This document shows, piece after piece, positions 1 to 9,013 of a DNA stretch of 64,000 nucleotides. The stretch spans positions 1,307-65,306 of the forward strand of contig CADCNQ010000009.1 of NCBI GenBank assembly GCA_902802815.1, written 5' to 3'. Every line of letters begins with the position of its first letter. Position 1 is the stretch's first letter. A model generated the notes under the pieces. The model searched no databases. It saw only the letters and a list, made by a program, of their open reading frames with translations, and had not been told where the DNA came from. The position numbers were made by a program, and so were the translations under genes. This DNA comes from an uncultured Bacteroidales bacterium. GTDB lineage: Bacteria; Bacteroidota; Bacteroidia; Bacteroidales; Bacteroidaceae.

Positions 1-1590
1 CGACTTTCGGGCTTCTTCTGAAACAGAGCTTTCGCATTCTGCACTTTTTCTATACCATTCTATGGCCTTTGACCGGTTCATCTCTGTCCCCAAGCCTTCT
101 TCATAAAGCTTTGCAAGTTCGAACATGGATACAATCTGTCCTTTTTCTGCTGACTGTTTAAAATAAGTGAATGCTTCTGGATATTCAAGATTAACCTTAC
201 AGATCATTCCATACTCATAGGATGCATTCTTGTCATTCATCAAAGCCCCTCTTTTAAAGAATTCATTGGCCTTTTCAGTATCCTGTCCCACTCCTAATCC
301 ATTTTTATACATATTACCAACCTCATAGCATGCCTCTCCATCATTATCTATCTTTTGACTATATATTTTGAATGCCTTCTGATAATATTTATCTGATTTT
401 ACTTTATCCTTGAATGGATAATACTTACTGATGAAGATTTCACCCATTTTAACAAATGCGTTTGTATAGCCTCTATCTGCAGCAGCCTTATAATAGGCGT
501 AAGCTTTTGGTAATGACACAAAACGTTTGTTAAGACCATTTTCATATTCGTAACCTATATTATAGATCTCTCTTGCAGAGGTCATCCCCATTAACATAGT
601 CTTATTAGCATCAACAAACTCTGTTTTACTTTCCACTGGTTCCTCAAGGCGCATTAACGCTAAACGTGCATCACAATCTAACTTTGTTGAATACTGAACT
701 GATTTTTTGTAGCTTTGAATTGCTTGAGTTATATTCTTAGTTGTCCCATGACCTTGTTCTTGCATTGTCCCGAGCATGTACAAGGCATTGGATTTATTTT
801 CATTTTCGTTAGTGGCACATTTCAAGAACATATTGTAGGCCTTCTCATAATCTTTTTCTGCATAATAATAGCTTGCCAACTTATACGCGCACCAATTATC
901 ACCTTCACTAATAGCCTTTTCATAATATTGAATCATCTTTTCTTTACTTAAAGCAACACCAGCTCCACGTTCATATGATTCACCCATATACCGATAAGAC
1001 GGAGCGTAGCCAACATTCGCAAGCAGATTGAAAACAGCAAAAGATTTGCTATAGTCCTCTTCCTTGTAAAACGCCTTTGCCCTCTCAAACATCTGCACTT
1101 TGTCCGTTGCGATATTTAAATCGCCAATTCCGGATTTCACAATATTAGCAACCTCTGCACGGGCATTCTTTATCTGACCAAGCATCAACTTAAATGTCCT
1201 CCTAAACGTATTGGCATTAGTACAAAACAGTTCGCTCTCATAAAAATATGATTTTTTTAGACAATACAACTTGACAGTTTTATGTTGACCGACAAGAGAG
1301 ATACAGTTTGTCACCACCGCTTCCGTAAACTCATCATTATACAAAAACTGATTATAGAGAGTTACTAAGAAAGGCTCTGTCCATCTGGAGTCCACTGAAA
1401 CATAATATGTGTCATCGTCATATGTAAATTTAATATCACCATCTGTATCAATGTCCGGATTAAAGCCTTCTATTCCTAGAGTGTTGAACAGTTCACGTCT
1501 AAACGCGCTTTGCTTCTCATTCAGTTCGTTTGCAGCGAAAGAAATAAACGATAGAAGGGAAAACAATATAGAGAGAGAGAATTTTTTCAT
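1..1590 (-). CDS. Secreted Sel1-like (SLR/TPR-type) repeat protein. The N-terminus is complete and the C-terminal end runs off the window (partial).
   Basis: Not in the supplied ORF track because there is no stop codon in the window. My own reverse-strand translation from ATG at 1588-1590 (MKKFSLSILFSLLSFISFAANELNEKQSAFRRELFNTLGIEGFNPDIDTDGDIKF...) stays open for 530 codons to nt 1. It has a hydrophobic signal-like N-terminus. Sel1-type units recur, e.g. YRYMGESYERGAGVALSKEKMIQYYEKAISEG, YEVGNMYKNGLGVGQDTEKANEFFKRGA and FELAKLYEEGLGTEMNRSKAIEWYRKSAE. Confidence 0.75.
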   Translation of the reverse strand, partial: MKKFSLSILFSLLSFISFAANELNEKQSAFRRELFNTLGIEGFNPDIDTDGDIKFTYDDDTYYVSVDSRWTEPFLVTLYNQFLYNDEFTEAVVTNCISLVGQHKTVKLYCLKKSYFYESELFCTNANTFRRTFKLMLGQIKNARAEVANIVKSGIGDLNIATDKVQMFERAKAFYKEEDYSKSFAVFNLLANVGYAPSYRYMGESYERGAGVALSKEKMIQYYEKAISEGDNWCAYKLASYYYAEKDYEKAYNMFLKCATNENENKSNALYMLGTMQEQGHGTTKNITQAIQSYKKSVQYSTKLDCDARLALMRLEEPVESKTEFVDANKTMLMGMTSAREIYNIGYEYENGLNKRFVSLPKAYAYYKAAADRGYTNAFVKMGEIFISKYYPFKDKVKSDKYYQKAFKIYSQKIDNDGEACYEVGNMYKNGLGVGQDTEKANEFFKRGALMNDKNASYEYGMICKVNLEYPEAFTYFKQSAEKGQIVSMFELAKLYEEGLGTEMNRSKAIEWYRKSAECESSVSEEARKS

Positions 1591-1594
1591 AATA

Positions 1595-2041
1595 TTATTG
1601 ATTTACAATTTGTTTATATGCCGCTTTCATTTGGCTTAATAATGTAGAAAACACATCTATAAAATCAGAAGATGACACTAAATACATCTCTGATGAAATT
1701 ACGACTCCGTTTTCTTTAGCACATACCTTTATCCCTAATTTTGCATTATATGAGTTAATGTTTTTAGCTATAGTCCCTTGCTTGATTGTATCCGAGTATT
1801 TGACGTAACGACATAAACGAAGATACATCGGACTCTTCTCATCCTTATCAATTTCAATGTAATAGTTTGAGCCTTCACTTTTAAATTTTAATCCGTCAGA
1901 CTGATTCTCCGGGTTTAGTCCTTGACGCGAGAGATAGGAACTTATATCACTACGCAGTTCTTCCTGAGCTTGAGTGTAGTTCTGTGCATACATAAAAACC
2001 GAGCACCAGAACAATACTAAAAATGCAAATTTCTTTTTCAT
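1595..2041 (-). CDS. Small secreted protein of unknown function, related to the N-terminal module of the adjacent Sel1-repeat protein.
   Basis: 148-aa ORF with a signal-like N-terminus (MKKKFAFLVLFWCSVFMYAQ). Residues ~20-85 align with residues ~21-85 of the 1..1590 product, sharing G[FL]NP, DG.[IL]KF and YY[VI].[VI]D. There is a 4-nt gap to the downstream gene and a 6-nt gap to the upstream gene. Confidence 0.6.
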   Translation of the reverse strand: MKKKFAFLVLFWCSVFMYAQNYTQAQEELRSDISSYLSRQGLNPENQSDGLKFKSEGSNYYIEIDKDEKSPMYLRLCRYVKYSDTIKQGTIAKNINSYNAKLGIKVCAKENGVVISSEMYLVSSSDFIDVFSTLLSQMKAAYKQIVNQ

Positions 2042-2047
2042 ATCATT

Positions 2048-4576
2048 TTATTTCTTATTTTTTTCAATCTTGTCTAACAATTCTCTAAGATATTTTATCC
2101 TTATACCATAGTTAAAACCCTGTGTTATACCAACCCCAGAGTTGTTAACGGCAACCAATTTGTGATTTTTATTGAGAACAGGAGAACCACTACTACCAGG
2201 CATGGTTTGAGCACTATACCCTATTCTATACTTTTCACTCGTATTAGAAATCTTTCCGTGCTGCGCCTGTGGTTTGATACCTTCTTGCAACGTCATATCC
2301 TGAAGTCCCATTCCTGCATTATAGCCCAAAACTGTAATTTCGTAATCATCAGGAATCTCCTTATCCAAAGGATCCTTTTCCGGCACCTCAAAAATATATG
2401 CATTCTCAGGAATATCTCTCGCCTTTGAGTTTAGTTGTATAATCGCCACATCGTTCTCCTTTACTGTACCCGGATCTCCACTTTTAAGTGTTGAACACTT
2501 GTGAAATCCAAAACCCTCCAAATCAAGTCCCTTATGAGCGGTTAAGAGGAGATCTTCTATGTCATCGACTCTTGAACCAGTAAATGCGACAGAAACCTTA
2601 CAACGCACCTGCACTTTAAAATCTCCGGTATTCAGTATTTTATCAAAAATTTTCTTTTGGTTTTGATAGTACCTCAGTCCTTCCCTAATGGTCAAATAGT
2701 CTTGATCTAATTTTCTCATACCCGCCCAAATTTTCAACTGATCATCAAAAATATCTATGTATTTTTGGCATGTATCCTTCCTGGCCTGATAGTATTCTCT
2801 CAGTAATCTGGAAACCTCTTCCGGAGCAATCGGATCTGCAATATGTCTATTTGTACCAATTAAACCATCTTCAGAAATTAAGAAACCAGTTCCTGTCGAC
2901 ACTCCCCAAACACGCTCATCAATGTCAAACGTTCCATTAGTAATAGTTCCTTCATTTGAATCATATGTAAAATAAAATGCTTTTAGAGGCTTTTCACCAT
3001 AATTAATATCCTTAACATTCAACTCTACAATATAGCTGGTTTGCGATATTGTCATAACAACTCCTCTCTCCATCTCTGCGATAGTGGGTGTATTGATATC
3101 TATATAACGTTTATAAATTTCATATCCGCCCCAACCGAGCAATAAGAGTAACGGTATCACAGACAACCATTTCCAATCAAACCTTTCTGGAATCACAACC
3201 TTGTCCTTAATTTGAATCGTGTACTCTGTTATATCAGAAGTAAATCGAAGGTTTGACTTTATTTTTCCCTTACCTTTTATGTTTAGAGTTACAGGAATAT
3301 CACTTTCAATAAACACATCGTATGGAAATTCTGCACGTCCATCATCGGAGGTTTGCTGTTGACATGGAGTATCTCCTATTTGTAAACTAACGGAAGCTTT
3401 CGGAATCGGTTTCCCGGTTTTATCTAACACGGTAATTCCGACGTTTGTCTTTTCGACAGTTTTTATGTGAAAATGATATGGTGTTTTCGCTTCTGCTTGA
3501 GTTACATTATACTCCTCTGTATTAGCATAGTTTGCGGTATCAATGACGACAAATTTCTGTCCTTCCTGCATTGTCGGTAGTTGGATCACTCCATCTATTC
3601 CTGAATTATAAACGGTATCTTGTCCCTTTATAACAACCTTCACACAGTAATCTTGAACCGCATTGCCATTTTGATCTTCAACAAATAAGACTGGAGAATA
3701 CTTTACTAATTTCTTTATGTAGGCTTCATACGTTTCTGTGCCAGAAACGACCTCAAAGTTTCTCTCAACATTTCCCGGTAAACTCGGAAAAGCTACAGAA
3801 AATGACTCCCCGTAAGCCAATTCACCCACATCTACTTTACCATCATCAGATGTCACCCCCGTTTTTTCCCCCAAAGAAGAACGAAGTATGATCTTTTCTC
3901 CTTTAACCTTTGCATTATTTTGATCCAAAACCAATACCGATACTTTCTGTTTCTTTATATCTTCTTTAGGCTCCTCAGGATGATCTGTGATTGGGTGAGG
4001 CACAACGGTGTCTGCCGCCGGCTTTCCTGAAACGTCCGCCGGCTTTACCGAAGTATCTGATGGCTTATCCACAATGTCACGCGGAGCTTCTGTTATTATC
4101 GGTTTTTTATTCTCCTCTACGTTTGGCTTACCTGATTCTCCTTTTATAATATGCTTATTAAAAATCTTTGTATCCGAGGTATTCGAATGGGTATACCTAC
4201 ATCCCCAGCCAGCCAAAATGAATTTATAACCATCTGCTGTGTTGCAATAGAATATAAATTCATCACCGGGAATTTCAAGGATATCTTCTACATATTTTGA
4301 CAATTCATCGTTCGCCTCTATCTCTTTGCGAACTTTTGAAACAATCTTATTTAGTGCGGCAGACAATGACTCCATTTCTGCCTTAGGTGCATCGGCAAGG
4401 CTTGTATATTCTGCATCGTCATCTGCATACCAAGTCCAATTAGATTTTGTCGATAGGTCGGCGAAAAATGAAGCCCTATTACCCAACAACATCTTTAATC
4501 TAGTATAGACATTGTTGTAGTTTAAGTTCAGCCTTAAACTTAGATCACTATTCTTTACTTTTATTAGTTGCTTCAT
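2048..4576 (-). CDS. Bitopic membrane protein. It has an N-terminal module shared with the S8 protease gene, a low-complexity P/K/D linker, three beta-sandwich (CarboxypepD_reg/prealbumin-like) repeats, one TM helix and a C-terminal trypsin-like (S1/PA-clan) serine peptidase domain.
   Basis: 842-aa ORF with no signal peptide. TM segment is WKWLSVIPLLLLLGWGGYEIY. Catalytic-triad contexts are GTGFLISEDGLIGTNRHIA (His), ENDVAIIQL (Asp) and MPGSSGSPVLN (Ser). Repeats resemble VLVLDQNNAKVKGEKIIL, VLFVEDQNGNAVQDYCVKV and ITVLDKTGKPIPKASVSL. Confidence 0.75.
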   Translation of the reverse strand: MKQLIKVKNSDLSLRLNLNYNNVYTRLKMLLGNRASFFADLSTKSNWTWYADDDAEYTSLADAPKAEMESLSAALNKIVSKVRKEIEANDELSKYVEDILEIPGDEFIFYCNTADGYKFILAGWGCRYTHSNTSDTKIFNKHIIKGESGKPNVEENKKPIITEAPRDIVDKPSDTSVKPADVSGKPAADTVVPHPITDHPEEPKEDIKKQKVSVLVLDQNNAKVKGEKIILRSSLGEKTGVTSDDGKVDVGELAYGESFSVAFPSLPGNVERNFEVVSGTETYEAYIKKLVKYSPVLFVEDQNGNAVQDYCVKVVIKGQDTVYNSGIDGVIQLPTMQEGQKFVVIDTANYANTEEYNVTQAEAKTPYHFHIKTVEKTNVGITVLDKTGKPIPKASVSLQIGDTPCQQQTSDDGRAEFPYDVFIESDIPVTLNIKGKGKIKSNLRFTSDITEYTIQIKDKVVIPERFDWKWLSVIPLLLLLGWGGYEIYKRYIDINTPTIAEMERGVVMTISQTSYIVELNVKDINYGEKPLKAFYFTYDSNEGTITNGTFDIDERVWGVSTGTGFLISEDGLIGTNRHIADPIAPEEVSRLLREYYQARKDTCQKYIDIFDDQLKIWAGMRKLDQDYLTIREGLRYYQNQKKIFDKILNTGDFKVQVRCKVSVAFTGSRVDDIEDLLLTAHKGLDLEGFGFHKCSTLKSGDPGTVKENDVAIIQLNSKARDIPENAYIFEVPEKDPLDKEIPDDYEITVLGYNAGMGLQDMTLQEGIKPQAQHGKISNTSEKYRIGYSAQTMPGSSGSPVLNKNHKLVAVNNSGVGITQGFNYGIRIKYLRELLDKIEKNKK

Positions 4577-4582
4577 AACGAT

Positions 4583-5599
4583 TTATTTTAGTGCTCCAGA
4601 AATTCTTTGTTTGATAGTCTGTCTCATGTTTTGGTCACCTTTAACAAAATTATCAAATTCTTCGCGTGTATAATTAAACTTATTTATATACTCTGTCTCT
4701 TTATTATCTTCTAAATACTTCTTTATTGCAGCCACCGGAATCTCCACTTCTTCTGCCCATTTGGCATCTTGTGCTCCAGCCCCCCCATAACCTATTGCGT
4801 TTTTTATCTGCGATGGTGGATTAGATACGATGTCTATTAGCCGTTGTAGTTCCATTGTAGCATATCTGTATTCTTTAACACGTTCTATTTCCGATTGCAA
4901 TTCTGCATAATGTGCAGAAGACAAATGGTCTTGAGGAATTTTAGATGTTTTCTGAAGAACATCCCTTACAAGATTTCGGTTGTAAATACTATATTGTATC
5001 TCTAGCAAGTCGAATATTGCTTCATATTCATCACGCAAAACGTAATCTCCTATATTCTCAAGTCTTTTTTTAACTTCTTTTCTTTTGGAATTCAACTCAT
5101 CTTTCGTAGAGAATCCTCTTAATGAAAAACTTGCCAAGAAGTTCTCTATATCATTACGTCTATTCGTTGGTTCTACAGGTCTCTCTACAGGCGGCTGCCT
5201 TTCCGAATTTCTGACATCGCGAATTCCTCCTACAGGAGGCTGTTCCGGCATCACTCTTTCCTCATTTTTAGGAGCTGTCTGCGGAGTTATGATTTGCATT
5301 GAATCCATTAACTCTTTTATCTTTCCATCAAGTTTTTGGGCTCCATCATATATTCTTGGGATTTGTGCATTTATCTGTTTCATTAGACTTATAATCTTTG
5401 CATTGTCTGATTTTTCAGATAAAATTGCAAAAGACTCTTGAATTGCCCTAATATGTTTTGATATACTGTCACACAACTTGCAATACTCGCTCAAGTTCGT
5501 ATTCAAATTGCCTCTCAATATCTCATTTTGCAGATTTTGAGCACTTACCGTATATATACCTACAATGGCAAAAAATGCTGATATTATAAACCTTTTCAT
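4583..5599 (-). CDS. Exported, mostly helical protein of unknown function with a central Pro/Arg-rich linker.
   Basis: The ORF track gives 4583..5614. The likelier start is the internal Met at 5599 (MKRFIISAFFAIVGIYTVSAQ, signal-peptide-like), which leaves a 1-nt gap to the upstream stop at 5601. I recognise no catalytic motif. Confidence 0.6.
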   Translation of the reverse strand: MKRFIISAFFAIVGIYTVSAQNLQNEILRGNLNTNLSEYCKLCDSISKHIRAIQESFAILSEKSDNAKIISLMKQINAQIPRIYDGAQKLDGKIKELMDSMQIITPQTAPKNEERVMPEQPPVGGIRDVRNSERQPPVERPVEPTNRRNDIENFLASFSLRGFSTKDELNSKRKEVKKRLENIGDYVLRDEYEAIFDLLEIQYSIYNRNLVRDVLQKTSKIPQDHLSSAHYAELQSEIERVKEYRYATMELQRLIDIVSNPPSQIKNAIGYGGAGAQDAKWAEEVEIPVAAIKKYLEDNKETEYINKFNYTREEFDNFVKGDQNMRQTIKQRISGALK

Positions 5600-5600
5600 A

Positions 5601-6434
5601 TTAATGGTTACCATTTATAAAGTTATTTAATTTTGATGTAGCAGTTGAATTGGTAGAAATCTCCTTAAATCTGTCAAAGTCTCTCTGAGCTTGCTCCAAA
5701 GCCTGCCATTTAGGAACTCCCTTCTTGATTTGGCTGTAATAATGTTCTTCCACACAATTTTCGAGATTTGTATAATACTCGGATTCTGCTTTTGCCAGGT
5801 TATATGATAGATTCTCTATCTTTGCTCGTATTTCCGGGTTTTTACTAAAATGCGATTTGTAGTACTTCATCCCTTGTATACGGCCTTTCATCGTTTCTGC
5901 CGTTCCTGCATTAAATGCCTTTAACGGGTCAGAATACTTGGCATTTGAACTGAACGAGCAACAGGCAATAACTGTTCTGTATTCATGAATCATATTAAGC
6001 CCCTGTGTAAGATTACTATTACTTCCAGCTTTAAGACTTTCCAGGAATTTCAAATTAGAGTCTAAAGAATTAACTTTATCTGACGGATAGGATGATTGGC
6101 TGAACAACTTGTCTGCATACTCAAACATTGCCTTACATGATTCTGTATAAAGGTACAAACTAAGAGAATTCTTTTCGCCAGGCTGGAGGTTCCCATCTTT
6201 AGCAAAAGTATTTATCTTATTTTGCAGATTTTTATATGCTTGCTGACTCCATTTCCATTCCTTCCCTCTCTCAATGACTTTACACAAATCATTTATTTCT
6301 GTTTCAAACTTTTTGGCGCAACTGGAAGTCACTCCAGCTTTGCTACCACTGTTACCGCCTTGTGTAATGAGAAGGAGCAAGGACACAGCTCCTACTAATA
6401 GGGCGGCTATTATCAATAATTTAATGTATTTCAT
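5601..6434 (-). CDS. Membrane-anchored or exported protein of unknown function.
   Basis: 277-aa ORF with an N-terminal hydrophobic segment (MKYIKLLIIAALLVGAVSLLLLITQGG). The rest is helical-looking and K/N/S-rich. It is tightly packed within the operon. Confidence 0.55.
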   Translation of the reverse strand: MKYIKLLIIAALLVGAVSLLLLITQGGNSGSKAGVTSSCAKKFETEINDLCKVIERGKEWKWSQQAYKNLQNKINTFAKDGNLQPGEKNSLSLYLYTESCKAMFEYADKLFSQSSYPSDKVNSLDSNLKFLESLKAGSNSNLTQGLNMIHEYRTVIACCSFSSNAKYSDPLKAFNAGTAETMKGRIQGMKYYKSHFSKNPEIRAKIENLSYNLAKAESEYYTNLENCVEEHYYSQIKKGVPKWQALEQAQRDFDRFKEISTNSTATSKLNNFINGNH

Positions 6435-6451
6435 TTTCTCTCTATGACTAT

Positions 6452-9001
6452 TTAATAACTACTATATATTTCGTCATATAACCCTTGCAAAGTATGATAT
6501 GTTATACGACCTTTAGAATCCTTGTAAATATCTCTTGTGTGGTCCGGCGGAATCCTATCAAAAATCTTGTTGTATACTTTCTTCTGTTCGTCCGAAAGTT
6601 TTAATTTCTCACTCGAACCTGAATAGGCAATTTTTCCAGGATATTTTTTATTTTCTCCAGTAATATCTCTCAACACGCTCTTCAGGGCATCAATACGCTG
6701 TTTAACAGTCACATTACCATCAATTATTTTATTTTCATCTCCTGTATAATTTCGCAATTCTGTAAGTGTAATGTCTGGAGATTTGAGCCGGTCGAAATCA
6801 GGTTGTTGTCCCGCCATACCTTTGTCGGGATACGTACTTGAACCGGATCCCATTTCCCTATAGTTCTTGTTTTCAACCAGACGCTCTAACTCTCTGGAAA
6901 AATCGCTATCCTCTAATTTATTAATTTTATTAATCCACGATTCCTTTTCATCTTTATTCTTAAACATTGTCATATTAACTAATTCTTCATACCATTTTAG
7001 TTGAGAACAAAGAATATTTAAATTTACTGATTGCGTGCCATGTGATGCAAGATTGTCATTAGATATTTCCTGGTCAACAATTTGGTAAAACTTTTTTCCG
7101 CATAAGAAGGATACTCTTATATAGAAGCGTTGGCTATTACAGCTTTCTTTTATTGTTAACTTATGACGGAGATATTGTTTTGAATTAGAACATGAGTCCT
7201 CGGTATCTTGAAGCAAGTAATCTTCATCTTGTTTTAGCGGTTCTTTATCTTCATCCAACAGCAGAAAGTTATAATTCATATAATTATTTGCTTTTCCTTC
7301 CTGACAAACTTCAATAAAATCCCGCATGCTTTCATTATCTGTATTATCATGATAGGTCAAATAGCACCAACGCTCTTCAGAGGTTTCTTCTGTTTCTTCA
7401 CCTCTGCCAGTAAGTTGTTGCTTAGTTTTCTGGGCATTTTGGAAAGCCCACCATCCCCCACCACCAAGGACTAACAAAAAGATTGGAATTATGGCCACAT
7501 ATCTATGCCATCTAAACTTCTGGTTTCTTCTATTACCAGATTCATTATTCCCATCTTGTACACCACCCAAACTTACCTTTGACGATGTGGGGAATTTGGG
7601 TTGAACCACGACAGTAGTTCCAACAGATTTAATTGGAACGACAGGCTTCCTTACATCAACTCTTCTTTGTTGTAGATTGTTAATAGTCCAAGTACCATTG
7701 CTATGAATAATTAAAGGTTGTTCCGGAGCCACATAATGTTCTGTGTCAACAAATACATTCCAATCTGCTACTCTGCCAGGCAAATGAATCATGCTTTGGT
7801 TTGAAAAGGGTAGAACTTGTCCTGTGCTTTTGTTTACAAATGAAATGGTAAGTCCCAACTGAGATGAATTGACTGGTAAACTGAATCCCTGTTGGACATA
7901 GATTTTATGTTCCTGACCATTACTCAATCGAGATAAATCCAGCCTTTCACTCCTTGAGCTTATGGAAAATGTCGGATTCTCCGCAATAACCTTTTTATCT
8001 TCATATATTTCTGAGCCACGGAACGTAAAGGTATCAGAGGAGATTGGTTGACGAGAACCGTCTGCAAAGACGATTGAAGGCAAGACCTGATCTAAATTTA
8101 CTGGAGTGCTGGTTGAGATATCAACAAACACGAACTTAACAGTCTTTTCTTCTTTCTCGAAATTATATTGGATTTCGAGAATTTCGCCAGGCATTATCCT
8201 GCCCGTTATACGAGGTTCTAAAAGGTGCTCAATAACATCGTTATAAGTACCATCTATCGGGAATTGTTTCTCACCAAGTCCTGCCAGGAACTTATAAAGA
8301 GGTGCCGATAGTTTCACGGGATTTGGCAATACCGCTCCCGTATTCAAGATTCTCACTTTATATAATACGACCTCTTCTGGTTCTTCATCAATACTGTTTG
8401 GTGCTCCCACAGGTGCGCTTGGTGCGAAGAATACAAGATTATAGTTCCCATCACCATAGCTCTTCCTATACGGAGAGTCGAGATAGCTTGGCATGTCCGC
8501 TTCTGACGCTCTTACATAACCCACCTTCTTCATTGGAGAAGGATCCTCATTTATTCTCCTGCAATCCGTCGGTTTGAGAGTATAGCCTTCAAGAATTTCA
8601 GAATAGTAATCCTGCCCTAATACAGCAAGATTTTGATTAATCATCCCATCCAGAAAATTCTTTTCAAAAAAACGATCACTTACCTTTGTAAGCAGAGAAT
8701 AGACAGCCCCTTTCGGAGAACCAGCATTGGGTACAATTGTATAATTTCGTGGGATTAACAGTGATACCACAAGCTTTCCCGGTCTCCTGAAAGAGTCAAG
8801 AATTTGCGTATATTGACTAATTGCAATAAACCTTTTTGCGAAAGTAATAGAATATGCTTTCTCTTCGTTCTCCAAGAACGGAAGGAAACTATGATTGTCA
8901 AAACTGATTTTTTCGTTTCCCAACAACTCTGAAGCTGCAGGAGAGGTATAAAACCTGCCAAATCCTGTCAAGTTTCCGGATATTAATAAACTTATATTCA
9001 T
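6452..9001 (-). CDS. Large bitopic protein of unknown function: a ~500-aa N-terminal predicted cytoplasmic region, one TM helix and a ~320-aa C-terminal region.
   Basis: 849-aa ORF with a single strong TM (YVAIIPIFLLVLGGGGWWAF) preceded by a basic cluster (RRNQKFRWHR), which fits N-in topology by the positive-inside rule. I recognise no enzymatic motif. Confidence 0.6.
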   Translation of the reverse strand: MNISLLISGNLTGFGRFYTSPAASELLGNEKISFDNHSFLPFLENEEKAYSITFAKRFIAISQYTQILDSFRRPGKLVVSLLIPRNYTIVPNAGSPKGAVYSLLTKVSDRFFEKNFLDGMINQNLAVLGQDYYSEILEGYTLKPTDCRRINEDPSPMKKVGYVRASEADMPSYLDSPYRKSYGDGNYNLVFFAPSAPVGAPNSIDEEPEEVVLYKVRILNTGAVLPNPVKLSAPLYKFLAGLGEKQFPIDGTYNDVIEHLLEPRITGRIMPGEILEIQYNFEKEEKTVKFVFVDISTSTPVNLDQVLPSIVFADGSRQPISSDTFTFRGSEIYEDKKVIAENPTFSISSRSERLDLSRLSNGQEHKIYVQQGFSLPVNSSQLGLTISFVNKSTGQVLPFSNQSMIHLPGRVADWNVFVDTEHYVAPEQPLIIHSNGTWTINNLQQRRVDVRKPVVPIKSVGTTVVVQPKFPTSSKVSLGGVQDGNNESGNRRNQKFRWHRYVAIIPIFLLVLGGGGWWAFQNAQKTKQQLTGRGEETEETSEERWCYLTYHDNTDNESMRDFIEVCQEGKANNYMNYNFLLLDEDKEPLKQDEDYLLQDTEDSCSNSKQYLRHKLTIKESCNSQRFYIRVSFLCGKKFYQIVDQEISNDNLASHGTQSVNLNILCSQLKWYEELVNMTMFKNKDEKESWINKINKLEDSDFSRELERLVENKNYREMGSGSSTYPDKGMAGQQPDFDRLKSPDITLTELRNYTGDENKIIDGNVTVKQRIDALKSVLRDITGENKKYPGKIAYSGSSEKLKLSDEQKKVYNKIFDRIPPDHTRDIYKDSKGRITYHTLQGLYDEIYSSY

Positions 9002-9013
9002 TGTCTTTTCTTT

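Noticed and set aside
715-1639. Plus-strand ORFs 715..951 and 1409..1639 in the first 1.6 kb.
   Set aside because: They lie opposite a 530-codon open minus-strand frame with clear Sel1-type repeats and a signal peptide. The supplied track omits that frame only because it lacks a stop codon within the window.
8755-8961. Small same-strand or nested ORFs inside large island genes, e.g. 8755..8961, 17115..17351 and 18686..18889.
   Set aside because: They are fully embedded, in alternative frames, within long ORFs that have coherent domain architecture. There is no independent evidence for overlapping genes.
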